From assembly GCF_009914755.1 (NCBI RefSeq), contig NC_060925.1: 64,000 nt of DNA, one strand, 5' to 3'. Below, in pieces: positions 39,116 through 53,855 of this stretch (position 1 is its first letter; every line of letters starts with the position of its first letter). The position numbers were made by a program, and so were the translations under genes. Source of the DNA: the human T2T-CHM13v2.0 reference genome, Homo sapiens. The notes beneath the pieces are model-generated. The model searched no databases and was not told the origin of the DNA. It saw only the letters and a program-made list of their open reading frames with translations.

Positions 39116-42100
39116 CATAAAGCCATTTCTTACCCATTCTGTTAAGTTGTATCCCCACTGTTCAGAACCTTTAAATACCTGGTGTTATTACGTTACTTTT
39201 CATTTGTTTTTGTCCTATGCCAGGGTCAAGGATCCAGAGTTAGGGCCCAACCTCTCTCCATAGCTCATCATATTCTAGATGTTTTGGGCATACATAGCTT
39301 GCTTTCTCTCTAGCTCTTCTCCCCTACTAATCTGTAAGCTTGTGAAGGTCAGAATTATTGCAAGTCTTATTCCCATGTCACCCCCAACTCCTCATGTCTA
39401 ACTCACGGCAGACACTCAGTCCATGGTTCTTAGATGAACAAAATAAAAGGAACAAAATTGTCTGTCTTCAAAGGGAACCCATGGAAAGAAACTAACAAGA
39501 GCTAAGCACTTACACTGGGAATCAGCTACTGGGTATACTTTCTCATTTCATCCTCATACAAGCAATCCTAGGAAACAGGAACATGTCCAAGTTACAAACG
39601 AGGAAACTAAGGCACAAAGAGTCCATGTGGCTAATCCAAAGTTCTCCAGTTAATTAGGAGCAGGATAGCTTGTGTGACTCCATCATTCCACAGTGCCTTT
39701 CCAAGCCTATGGGGCGGTAAGGAGGTGAGGACCAAGGCTGACCATTCAAAAATCCAGCAAAGAAGTGGTCACTTGGCAGACAGCGATGATAGTCCACGTG
39801 CAGCTACCAGGCCAGACTGGAAACCATTCCAGCTGGGTCCACCCTCAGTGCCCAGGAACATGGGTTTCCCCAGGTAAGCCCAACTCCTGCAGCATTTATC
39901 CGCACCCTCTCCTCTCCACACTTACGCCTTTTATGATGCCATTTTCAAGCTCATTTCTAACCTCAAATCCAAATATAAAGAGACCTTCCCTTACTTAGTC
40001 TTGAAACAAACCTGGTTCTGTACTTTTGTTCTCTTCAAACCTCTTTTTATTCTGCAATAATAAAAATGTGGTATTTCATCCCAGAGCAGGCTGCATGCCA
40101 AAATAAATAGCACCTTGGATTTCCTTGAAAAGACAGCTTGGCTCAAGTCTCAGCCTCATTGCCACGAGAATTCTTGGAGAATTCAACCTTACAAAGTCAA
40201 GTATTTAGCAAGGTAGTTCACCAAACAACAACCCTGCCAATCCCTGCATGATCCCTTGCAAAGACAAAGCACTCTTTCCATAAGAAAAAAAAAAAAATCA
40301 CCTGTACCTTGGACTGATCATGCCAAGATGATGAGAGCTTCCTCTTTCCCCATCCCAGGACCCCAGCCTTTCAAGTGCAAATATTCCCTGTGCCAAGAAG
40401 CAGGAGGCATCTGACCGCTGCTTCTAAACATTGAGAGGGCCGAAGCCGGGACACCAGAGGAGGTGAGAAGCACTGAGAAAGATTCTGCCAACTGAGTTCT
40501 CCAGCGGGCTCACCTCCTGCCGACCTGGCAAACAGAGATGAGTCCTGCTCAATAAATGACACATTAACACAATCTCATTAACTCCATTCCCACGTTTTTT
40601 GCAAGTGTGTGTCATTTTCGCCTGCATTGCAGCAGCTGAATCTGGAGCTTCACGAAGAAGAGAAAACAGTCGGGAGGAACGCTGTGCCCACATTACCTTC
40701 CCTTGCATCCTCCTGCTGCATAGCCCACAGCAGGGAGGACTCGTCTCCTTCCCAGAAAGCCAGGTTTCGGCTGCAGGGCCGGAGCTGATAGCTCGTGCCT
40801 TCAGCACAGCCGTGTCTGTTTCGCAGCTGTTAAAGGACTTGGTCAGGTGATCCCTGACCTTGCTGGAAAAGCAAATACTGACTTCCTTTTTGCTCCCGGG
40901 AATAGGTGAGTGGGGTCAGAAACGAATTCACTGCTCAATAAACTAAGACTGGATCTTGCAGAAAGAGGAAGAACGCTCAAATCCTTAACTAGAAAGTTAG
41001 TTCCCAGAGCTGCCATCGCTTCCGAGGAACACATCTAGAGACATCCAAACAACACACAATCTTCCTTCTTGACTCCTCCGAATCTGGCAGCTCATCTGAG
41101 CAGCTATAATTAATTATGAGCTTCTTCCTCCCTGCAGCTGATGTGGCTCATTAATGAATTTGTTCCTAATGAGGATGTAGCCTCCTTAGAGTTGAAACCC
41201 TTCAGTAGTGCATCACTTTCTTCCTGGCTCCGCTTTAGAAACATCCTTCCCTACCCCCTCCTGGGACCCCAGGACCACATGAAGCCTCTGATCATTAAAC
41301 AAACGGAAATCTGTTGGGGCAGAGCCGAGACAGGAACAATGACCAGTAAATTCCTGGGGCTGGACTGGCAGCTCCTTATTCCTGCTGCTCTACCAATCTG
41401 CTGCCCTAGAGCACCAAAACACACCCAGTTCTGGCAGGAATGAAAAAGCAAGGAAGTACCTGCTGTGACGACCAAATTACTGTTCAGTGGATCCACTTCC
41501 AGGCAGGGTTTCTAACTGCAGCGCAGACCAGAGACTCCGAGAGGCGGGGTGCAGGAGCCAGGGAGCAGGCAGCTGCCAGAGGAGCAAGGTTTCAGAGTGT
41601 CCCGGGCAAGCACAGTGGAGGGTCTTCCTACAGCCCAAAGCTGCTGCAGTTCTTAGGAGCAGAGACAGGTGTGAGGTGCAGGCACCAGACTCTACACTCT
41701 CCAAACCCTGTGCTGCTCCCGGACCTGAAAGGAGCGGGGATGGTCCAGGAGGGGCCAGGAAAGCGTCTGGGTTCCTTTATGCAGACTCAGTAAAAGGATT
41801 AGAGGGACCTTGTTCCTTCGCCTCCTGGTGCTCTAACCAAGTGAGGCTGTGCTGGGAAATGAAGCCTCACAGTAAGACACATCACATGCAGCCCTGACCT
41901 TCACTGATACTGACTGTCTGGATGTGCCTTCCAAGACCAGAGCAGGTTCCTGTCTAACCCATGCTGAAATTGATGCTGGCAAGGAGTGTCACCCTGAAAC
42001 GCTGCCTGCATCGAGCCTGGTACACTTGCAAAGCACTTTCCGTCCTGTGTCTCATTTATCCTTGCATCAATGCTTGAAGCAGCCAGACCAGGGATGAATC

Positions 42101-43541
42101 TCCCCATTGTAAAGGTGAAGAAAATGAGAGACAGTCTAAGTGGTTTCTCTTGGGTCATCCAAGAGCAGAGTGTCCTGGGGTAAAGTTCTCTGTTCTTCCC
42201 ATTGCCCTGGATCAAGTTCCTTACTTTTCTTGGAAGATTCTAGAGACTCTTGCTCAAGATGGAGGTTAGGAGACTTTGCAAAGTACACAGGATGACGTGG
42301 TGGTAGGCAAGTCTATGGAATACCAACATCACTTTTCTCAACTGGTAAAAGTATTTTTCCAGTTAGCTGAGTACGCAGACCAATCATCAGAATAAAAAAA
42401 GAATCCAAAGTATACCTTGAACTCTAAGGGTATAGAAAAAATATACTGCGGAGCAAACTGCTTCTCTGATACACTTCAAATGATCATTGACTATCCTTTC
42501 TAAACTGGCTAGAGAACAGCTGGAGGCACGCAGCATTTCTCTAAGATGCAGATGGAAGAAAAGCCCTCCATGTTACCAGCATCCCCAACCCCTATGCCTT
42601 ACTCAGACGTATGTTTAAGACCAGCAAGCAGCTTCATGCTCCTACCAAGCCACACAGACCATCTCCTGAACCAAACATGTTTATCCACAAGAACTTTCCT
42701 GACAAGAATCACGGGACTGGAGGGAGGTTTGGCTCCTTTTGCAATTTAGAAATGCTCAACTTCTATGGCCCAGGTCCCTTCTGCCCCATGATGGAAAAAA
42801 AGGTGAACTGTCCAAGTCCAGCAAGATGGGGGCTAGGCCAGAGGGGAAAAGAGGTTCAGCTATCTGAAGAATGCGCCTTTTATCTAAGCAATCCCTTAGG
42901 CTTTTGCACTTTACTCAGAAAGGTCAGCGCTTTGGTAGGCTGTATGGCTGCACAGGGCTGAGAAGGGCACGCTTGTTAGGTATTCACACACTCAAATAGA
43001 GCCTCTCTGAGCAGACTGGTCACAGACACAGTCATTCCCACAGAATGCAACTTAAATAGCAGAGAAAGAAATTATGCATGTGAGACCTGTGGGTGCAGCC
43101 ATCCAGGAGGGAAATCAGCTATTCTAAAGATTGACTCTACAAAGCAGATGTAATTTTCTGAGGGAAGAAGCTGGGCCAGTTGTAGGGAGAGAGGAGGCTG
43201 CATTAACCAATGAAAAATGCTCCTTGGAGGGAAAAAAGGCATTAGACTTGCAAGGAAAAAGACCCCCACTCCACATCTCTTTTTTCATTTGGATGCTTCC
43301 AAAATGTTCTTGGTCCGTGACTTAAACATACCGTAAAATCAAACTGCCAATTGCCAAATGAGGAAGTGGTATGAGCAGGCAATTCATCAAAGAAGAAATA
43401 CAAATGGTTAATATTTGAGAAATGTATAACCTCACAAATTAATAAAAAAGATGTCAGATAAATCCTGACATGCCATACCCTACAATGAGCCGGGTACTCT
43501 GGTCCAATCCAAACAGCATCCTATTCCCAAAAAAACTCTGC

Positions 43542-43737
43542 CAAGCTTGTCCAACTCGCCTTATTTTGTTGTTGTTCTGTTTTGTTTTGTTTTAGGCTTT
43601 TAGTGCCTGAAGACATAGGTTTTAGTTTCTGTCTCTAGTGATAAGTGGAAAAGACGGATGAGGAAAGGTCTTTACTGGCCTAACCAGAAACAGAAATTAA
43701 GAACCCGTGAGTGCATTCTCTCCCTTGGACACCCCTG
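43542..43737 (-). mobile_element. MER107-like hAT non-autonomous element
   Basis: Termini CAAGCTTGTCCAA ... TTGGACACCCCTG. Interior resembles MER107 as I recall it. Confidence 0.75.
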
Positions 43738-45193
43738 CGTACTGTTACTTCTATTGTCCAAAGTCAAAGCAGAGGCCTAAAGCACTTGCCCAGGTATCGA
43801 GACCATCAGAGCCAAGATTTGAATCCATGTTTTTCTGATGCTAATATGCTGCTCTTAACCATGGTACAGCAGACTCTCTTATGAGTTAGAAAAATGTTTT
43901 TTTCAAAGAGCCTCAGTGTTGATGAGGAGGGGACTCACCCTCCCCAGAAGATTGCAGCAGAGTGGGGGCAGCTGCGGCCAAGAGAGGAACTTCAGGCCGT
44001 GGCAATACCTCTGAGCACACCACGACTGTCTCCCAGTACACTGCCTGCGTGTCCAATGGCACTGTCCAGTTTGTGCATGTGCATAGGGGAATTCAAAATC
44101 AAATACAGCAAAATACAATGGTGAAGACAGAAGAAGACAAAAAAAGGTCATAGTCACATGTGATTTCTTTCCTTGGTGGTCTAGGAATCATAACTATTAT
44201 GATGTATTCTTGGAAAATAAAAAATAAATTATTTGGGGGGAAAGAGATGGGAAGTCAACATAATTCTGCCACCTGGCTACAGCAATTTTCATGATCACCT
44301 ATTTTGTATATTTAACATAATTGAAGGGCAAGTTCTATAGTGGACTTGTAGCCTGGGCTCCAAGTCAAGTACTAGCTGAAATGCCAGCTTTGCCAATGAC
44401 TGACTGTATAATCTTGCTCACATTACTGAACTTCCCTGTGCCTCAGTTGCTTTGCTTGTGAAATAAGACTAGCAGTATTTCCTATAAGTCACGGAGCTGT
44501 CAGAAAGATTAAATAGGATGACAATACATGCAAACCACTTAGGACAGAGTCCGGTACATAGTCCTGTTCAATGAGTAAATACATTGGTTATTTTTAATAT
44601 AATAGTAGAAATTCAATTATAAATTCAATTATAAATCCAATTTTGTATTCAAAATTCTATTATATAGCCATTTTTAAAAGTATAGTTTTACCTGCTTTGT
44701 AATGATTACTATAAATGGCTATACAAACGTCCATTGACTTGCACCTTATTTTCCAAACCCCTCCCTAGAGGGGGTCATGCCACCTCCTGTTTAATTCTCC
44801 CTTCAATGCTACCACAGCAGCCAGCCTGACAGACGGTCCTCACTCAGGTCTCCAGGGAAGACCCCATTTCCAGGTGGCTGGATCTCAGCTGCATGGGCTT
44901 TGAGGTAAGACAGGCCAGGTTCAAATCCTGGCTGCATGACCCTGAGAAAATGTCCTTATTCAAGAAGAGCACAGCTCAGTACACCGTGTGAAGACCGCAG
45001 GGGATAAGGGATGCAAAGTGCTTGTGCTGGTGCCCAGGATATAATAAACACTCAATACATTTGGCTATGATTACTTTTTAAAACCCACAATGTGAAGCAA
45101 GGAAAGGGCAAGGATCATATTTGTTTTCTTTCTCACCCCATTTTTAACACTTAGCATGATGGGAATTCAATAAAAACGTGTTGAATCAAATAA

Positions 45194-46699
<1,506 letters not shown>

Positions 46700-47546
46700 A
46701 GAGCTAAAAAGGATTTTTTCAGGTCACCTAATCTAACCCTGTTTTCAATGTCACACAGTACCTTGGTAATAGAGTCCATACAAGGGCCCATTCTGTGTTT
46801 TCTTCCTTAATAACCATGACCCTAGAAACACGTGAACACGCAGGAGGTATGGCAAGTTCTCAATGAGAACTGCACTCTAAGCCTCTCCTTCAAGGTTTTA
46901 TGTCTGCCCTTACATGGTGCCACTTGACTAGACCAGTATTTCCCCATATTACCTATTGTTCAAATCCTACCCATTCCTCTCACCAGACCCCACCTCCCCC
47001 AGGAAGCCATCTGGAGAGCCTATTTGGGTAGAATTCTCTAATTTCTGAAATCCTATAGTAAATAACTACTCTTTAATCGGTGTGAGGCCACATGGGATTA
47101 GGAGTCCAATTTGTAACTATAAAAGCCTTCCTCCAATTGAGAATGGCAAATCTCTATTTTAATGGGAGGTGAACCCTGAAAGGCTTCAGAAATCTCAGTT
47201 TGATATATCTGGACATGTTTTGGATCACCTGTTCTACACAAGGAAGTCAGCTGATCACTGATTTGTCAGCCTGCTGGACAGGGTAGTGGCAAAAGTCAGC
47301 TTTGGAATCCAACAGACACGGGTTCAAATGCTGCTTTTCCTATATATTGAGACCTTGGGCAAGTTAACTAACTCGTCTCATGGTCCCTGTCTAGTCCTGC
47401 CATCCACCTTTGTCACTGGATAATTGCCTAATGCTTCTTGCTGGACTGAAAGCTCCCTGACAGCAAGAATCAAGCCTTCTTCTTCTGGGTCTTTCACAGT
47501 TCCCAGAGATCTCTTAATAGGGCCCTAGAAATGCCCCTGCCATTAA

Positions 47547-47937
<391 letters not shown>

Positions 47938-49600
47938 TGATAGAAACTAAGGGTTTCTAAAAGAATAAAAAATGCATCTCAAATATGTGTATTCTCTTCA
48001 ATTCTTACAAGCAAGTGTATTACATGGGAATTCATTTTTATAAGGAACTAGGAACATAATATGTGAGTTATTGAGGGTTAATAAGCCTTGGCATTAATAA
48101 ACAAAAATTAGTGTGTTAGAAGAGTTTACTGAGAATATTCATTTTCTATTCTGTAAAGAAAGGTGACCACCATCCATCACTAAACAATACAGCGAAACTC
48201 CTGTGTATGCACCCAGCCTAAGAGGTGGAATTCCAATTCTCAGGAAGGGCGTTTTGGTATTAGTGCAGAAGACATTTGTTGTGTGCTTTTCTTCAGCTAC
48301 CCAGCACTTTTGTGAACACCCTTCCTATACTTGGTTATTTCCTTCTCAGAAGACCCACCTCCCCAAGATTGAAACTGGAATTTACAGCAAGTGACTATGG
48401 GGAGATGGTGGCGTGATGTTCAGCTACTTCATATCCCTTAATAAATTCCTCTTCTATTATAAATAGATAGGCCTGCTAGAGCAGGTTCTGGTGTTCGCAA
48501 CCGTGACCCTTAATGGCTACAACGCAGCATCGGCAATCTCTTGGTTTTAAACTGCTTCTACTCTATTAATTTACATTACTTATAAAATTACTTTTAGGAG
48601 TTTCTGTTGATTGTTGTCCTGAGTATTTGCTGCATTACTTTGATTAGTTTTCTCTTCTCCTTTAATCCTTTGTTACTACCAAATTCTCTCCCACTGCAAA
48701 GTAGGAGCGAGTGGACTCAGTGGGCCACAAAGTCTTTTGCTCCCCTGAACTGGGCTACAGTCCAGAGGGCTTGGAAACCACAATTTGGAGTAAATGTTTC
48801 CTAGGAATTCAGCTCCACTTCCTCCCTCCTGGGTCACTTCAGCGAAAGCCTCTCAAGGGTAGGCACAAATACTCCACAGGGGGGCACCCCTGCACCCACC
48901 CTCTTTGGGCAGCTCCCATCCGAGCAGCATCATCCCTGGTCCAGAATTCAGCAGATGCCTCTGCAGGCATCAGCTGGGTGCCACAGCTCGAGTTGCAGGT
49001 GCAGACAGTTTAGAGCTTGCGTGGGCTGTTGCATCTGCCTTCTGGGTTGGGAGGAAGGTTTTTGTTGGCTCAAATATGCACAGGCTGCACATTCAGGAAA
49101 ATCAGTTTAAACCAAACTGAGGCTAAGTGATCCCCAGAACCTGGGTGGAGAAAGCGATGTTTCCAGATTTTTCAGGCGGGAAAGCTGTTATTATTTCACA
49201 ATGCCCCACCTAACCCTCTGGCAAGTTCAGTCTGACAAGAAGCGGACATGTGTGATGTGGGTCCAGCAAAGATGGTGACCACCCAGCCTCGGCAGCATGC
49301 CAGCCAGAGGAAGGGCAGGTATCATCAGAGATGAATCAAAGAGACTTCAGGAGAGATGAAGTGCACCAGGAACTTCTCTGAACTTCAACTTTCCCTTGAA
49401 AGAGATGGGATTCCTTCAGTGTTCCATCCGGTAATACAAAGGAAGGTTATATATTGTTGTGGCCTGGGTTTTGTTTTGCTTTAATGTGGGCAAAGTTACT
49501 AAGAAAAGGCATTGCCAAAATTGACAATATCACCCAGGTTTATATCACCCCACGGAGCAGCTCAAAGGTGTCACAGAATGGTGGGGCATTTGGAGCATAG

Positions 49601-49954
<354 letters not shown>

Positions 49955-51029
49955 TTGCTCACATCTTTTCTTCCAGCCAGGTTATGGGCTCTTTCAAATC
50001 AAGGTTCCCCTTTTGTGCTCCTGGGTATCCTTTATGTTCAATCAGTCCACTGATTATCTACTGTTGGGAGGAGAGAAATATAAAACAGGGTCTTGGACGA
50101 CATTTGCACCCATAAAGGGGCAACTGAGGCTCAATGACCTGCCCACCTCATACAGCAGGGCCAAGGTCAGAGTCTGCTTTTGAGACTCCTAACCCAGTGC
50201 TTTCCTTTACAAATCTCATGTACTGGTCCTCAGTGTGATATTGGAGGACATGGAATTGATGGTTTCTTTAAAAAGAATGTGGCCAGCGTCCCCAGTTTAA
50301 ATGTGGAATAATGGAGTTTTTATTGTGGTAAAGTGTGCCAGAGAACTGCTCATACTTCTGTTGGTGATCTTTGCTTGCAGCCTCTGGCTGCAGGGAAAGT
50401 ATAACGCATAACAATAAAAATAGTTGCCAACATCAATTAAGTATTGACTCTGTCCTGGGTAAGTCCTTTACCCATCCTTACTCAGTGCCTAGGACAACCT
50501 GGGCACGACTCCTCTGTAAACCAGATAAAGATGCTGCCTCATGGCCCAGCCTCAGTTCAGGGCTGTGTTCAAAGAATCAGCAGTTAAGGAGAAAAAAGTT
50601 AATTGGAAGCAATCCAAACCTTCACTGCGGTCTCTAGAGAAAATACCAAACGGGAAGTGCATTCTTAGCACGAAGCAAAAGTCTTAAATTTTTTCTTTCC
50701 CATCTCTGCTGTTCTAGGTGTCTATTTCCAGCAGAGTGACTGCCCCAGCAGCAGTGTGTGCCGTTCCCCAACATCCTTATGTGAATCCTCCCACCTGGTT
50801 CTTCACTCCCTCACCTCCCCCGCCTCTGGCATCTACTCATCCCTCCACTGCCAGCCTCTCTCTGGCCCCTTCATTGGGAATTCCAATATTGGCTCCATTT
50901 GTCCATGGCTTTTTCATCACTGAATGACCTCAATCTGCATAATAATGGAGGGATAACAGCCAAGAAAGCTCTGCCAGAAGTGTCCTTTGTAGGAAATTAC
51001 TTAGAAGGCTCCGAAAGCACAGAAATTAT

Positions 51030-51753
<724 letters not shown>

Positions 51754-52589
51754 ATACTAGTAAATACTTACACTGTTATAATAATAATAATTATTATTGC
51801 TAGCTAGATACTGTTGTCCTATATTGTACAAATGCTAACTTATTTAATTTCAGGATGACCATATTAGGTAGGTGCTATTATATCCTTTTCACAGATCACA
51901 GGTTCAGGGGCACAAATCTAGTAAGTGGCAGGACTGGAATTCAAATTGAGGTTTGTCTGACTCCAGAGACCGAGCTCTTAACAACAGTGTTCTTTGCCTT
52001 TTGGGTCCTATTTCTGTAGCCATCTATGAAGCAAGTAGCTTTCGGAAGTCTAAATAGAAACAGAAAGAACCAGATAGAAGGATTTAGCAAAGGAACGAAT
52101 CTAGCATTAAATTCCACCACCAGCCATGCTATTAAACATCAGGCGATTATTAAAATATAAACATGGTTGGGGACACGCTGGGTCTCTAAATAAGACCAAT
52201 TTACTTGTGAAGGAATAGCTAAAAAATTCAGTGACTTTCTAATCCACTGCAAATTATTTAATCAATAAAACACAATTACTTTTCAAGTAATCTTTGAAAG
52301 TTCCAAGGAGTCTTGAGGTGTTTAATTGCTATTTAACCAGATAGCAGCAGTTGAGTTACACAGATATCCATTTCATATAAAATGCTCTTTGCAGATGGAA
52401 CACTCTGTCAAATTTTCCATTAGAAAGACATATTTTCAGGGCAGATACAAGGGTTTTAGGTTACAGATTAATTTCGTTTCTCTGTTGTTCTCTAGGCAGG
52501 GCAGGAGGAGGGTGGAATGGCTGATGCAGGCATCCACAGCTCCTGCCTTGTTAACTCGGGAGCACGATGGTCCTCCCTGTCAATAATAA

Positions 52590-53000
52590 GCAATGGATAC
52601 AAAATCAGAATCACAGGGATAGGAATCTGTGGGGCTTTTTCTTTTTTAAATATGAAATGCTTCATGAATTTTTGTGTCATTCCTTGTGCAGAGGCCATGC
52701 TGATCGTCTCTGTATCATTCCAATTTTGGTATATTTGCTGCTGAAGTGAACACAGGAATCTGTGTTCTAACCAGCCAGCCCTCCAGGTAATTTTTATGCA
52801 CACGATAGTTTGAGAAGTACTGTTCTAACCTACTGTTAAAAATCTTTGGTAAACTGTAGTTCATTGTTTCTCAAACTGTAGTATGCCTATAAACCTGAAG
52901 ATCTTGTTAACATGCAGATGCTGATTTGGTGGGTCTGGAGTGGGGCCTCATAGTTGGCATTTCCAACAAGCTCTCAAGAGATGCTGATCTGCTGGTCCCA
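52590..53000. mobile_element. MER5-like fragments; the first is the U6 insertion target
   Basis: AAATCAGAATC...GGAATCTGTG|TTCTAAC...CCAGGTAATTTTTATGCACAC...TTTGAGAAGTACTG, and a second copy at about 52862-53000. Confidence 0.65.
52648..52753 (-). pseudogene. U6 snRNA processed pseudogene (full length, diverged)
   Basis: Reverse complement GTGTTCACTTCAGCAGCAAATATACCAAAATTGGAATGATACAGAGACGATCAGCATGGCCTCTGCACAAGG...CATATTT aligns to U6. A-rich tail at 52636-52647. Target-site duplication (TSD) AGGAATCTGTG at 52621-52631 and 52754-52764. Confidence 0.93.
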
Positions 53001-53551
53001 GCACCAAGTAGCAAAGTGTGTGGTCAGGGTATTTGTCTGGTTGGGGAGGAATGGGAAGGAGCTCAACAGCCCTAATCATGATTCCTAGCACCAGCACTTG
53101 AAACCGTGTGACCTTGGGTAAGTCACTCTAGCCCTTGAAGCCAGCTTCCTCAGCTATAAAATGGTACAAAGTAACACTCTCCACTGTATAAGGCTGTTCT
53201 GATGGCTACATGCCTATACCTTACACAGTACTTGGCATGTAGAAGACACTGAAATACAAGCTGTGGTTGCTGTTGTTTTTGAGGGAAGGAAGAAACTGGT
53301 AAGTGCCCAATAAAAGTCAGTTGTTTTGTTATTATTTATTGAGAGTTGTTGTGTGGTATATTAGGCACTGTGCCAAGTACTACACTATTATTATTTACTC
53401 TTCTCAAAGACTCTATGTCTCTATGTATTATTTTTTTTTTTCTGTTTAACAGAATAGGAAGCCTAAGCTCAGAGAGGCTTAGTAACTTGGTCATAGTCAC
53501 AAAGATAGTAAAAGGCAGAGCTAGGGATGAATTTAGGTGTTCCTGCCCAAG

Positions 53552-53855
53552 ATTTTTTTTTTTAAGACAGTGTTTTGCTCTGTTGCCCAGGCCGGAGTGC
53601 TGGATTACAGTGGTTAAAATCACAGCTCAATCTAGCCTCGACCTCCTAAGTTCAAGTGATCCTCCTGCCTCAGCCTCCAGAGTAGCTGGGGCCACAGGTG
53701 CATGCCATGATGCCTGGCTAATTTTTAAAAAATTTTTTGTAAAGACAGGCTCTCATTATGTTCCCCAGGCTGGTCTCAAAGTCCTGGCTCAAGTGATTCT
53801 CCCGCCACAGCCTCCTAAAGTGTTCAGATTACAGGCATGAGTGACACACCCAGAC
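53552..53855 (-). mobile_element. AluJ inserted in a MIR
   Basis: TSD CTGCCCAAG. Confidence 0.85.
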
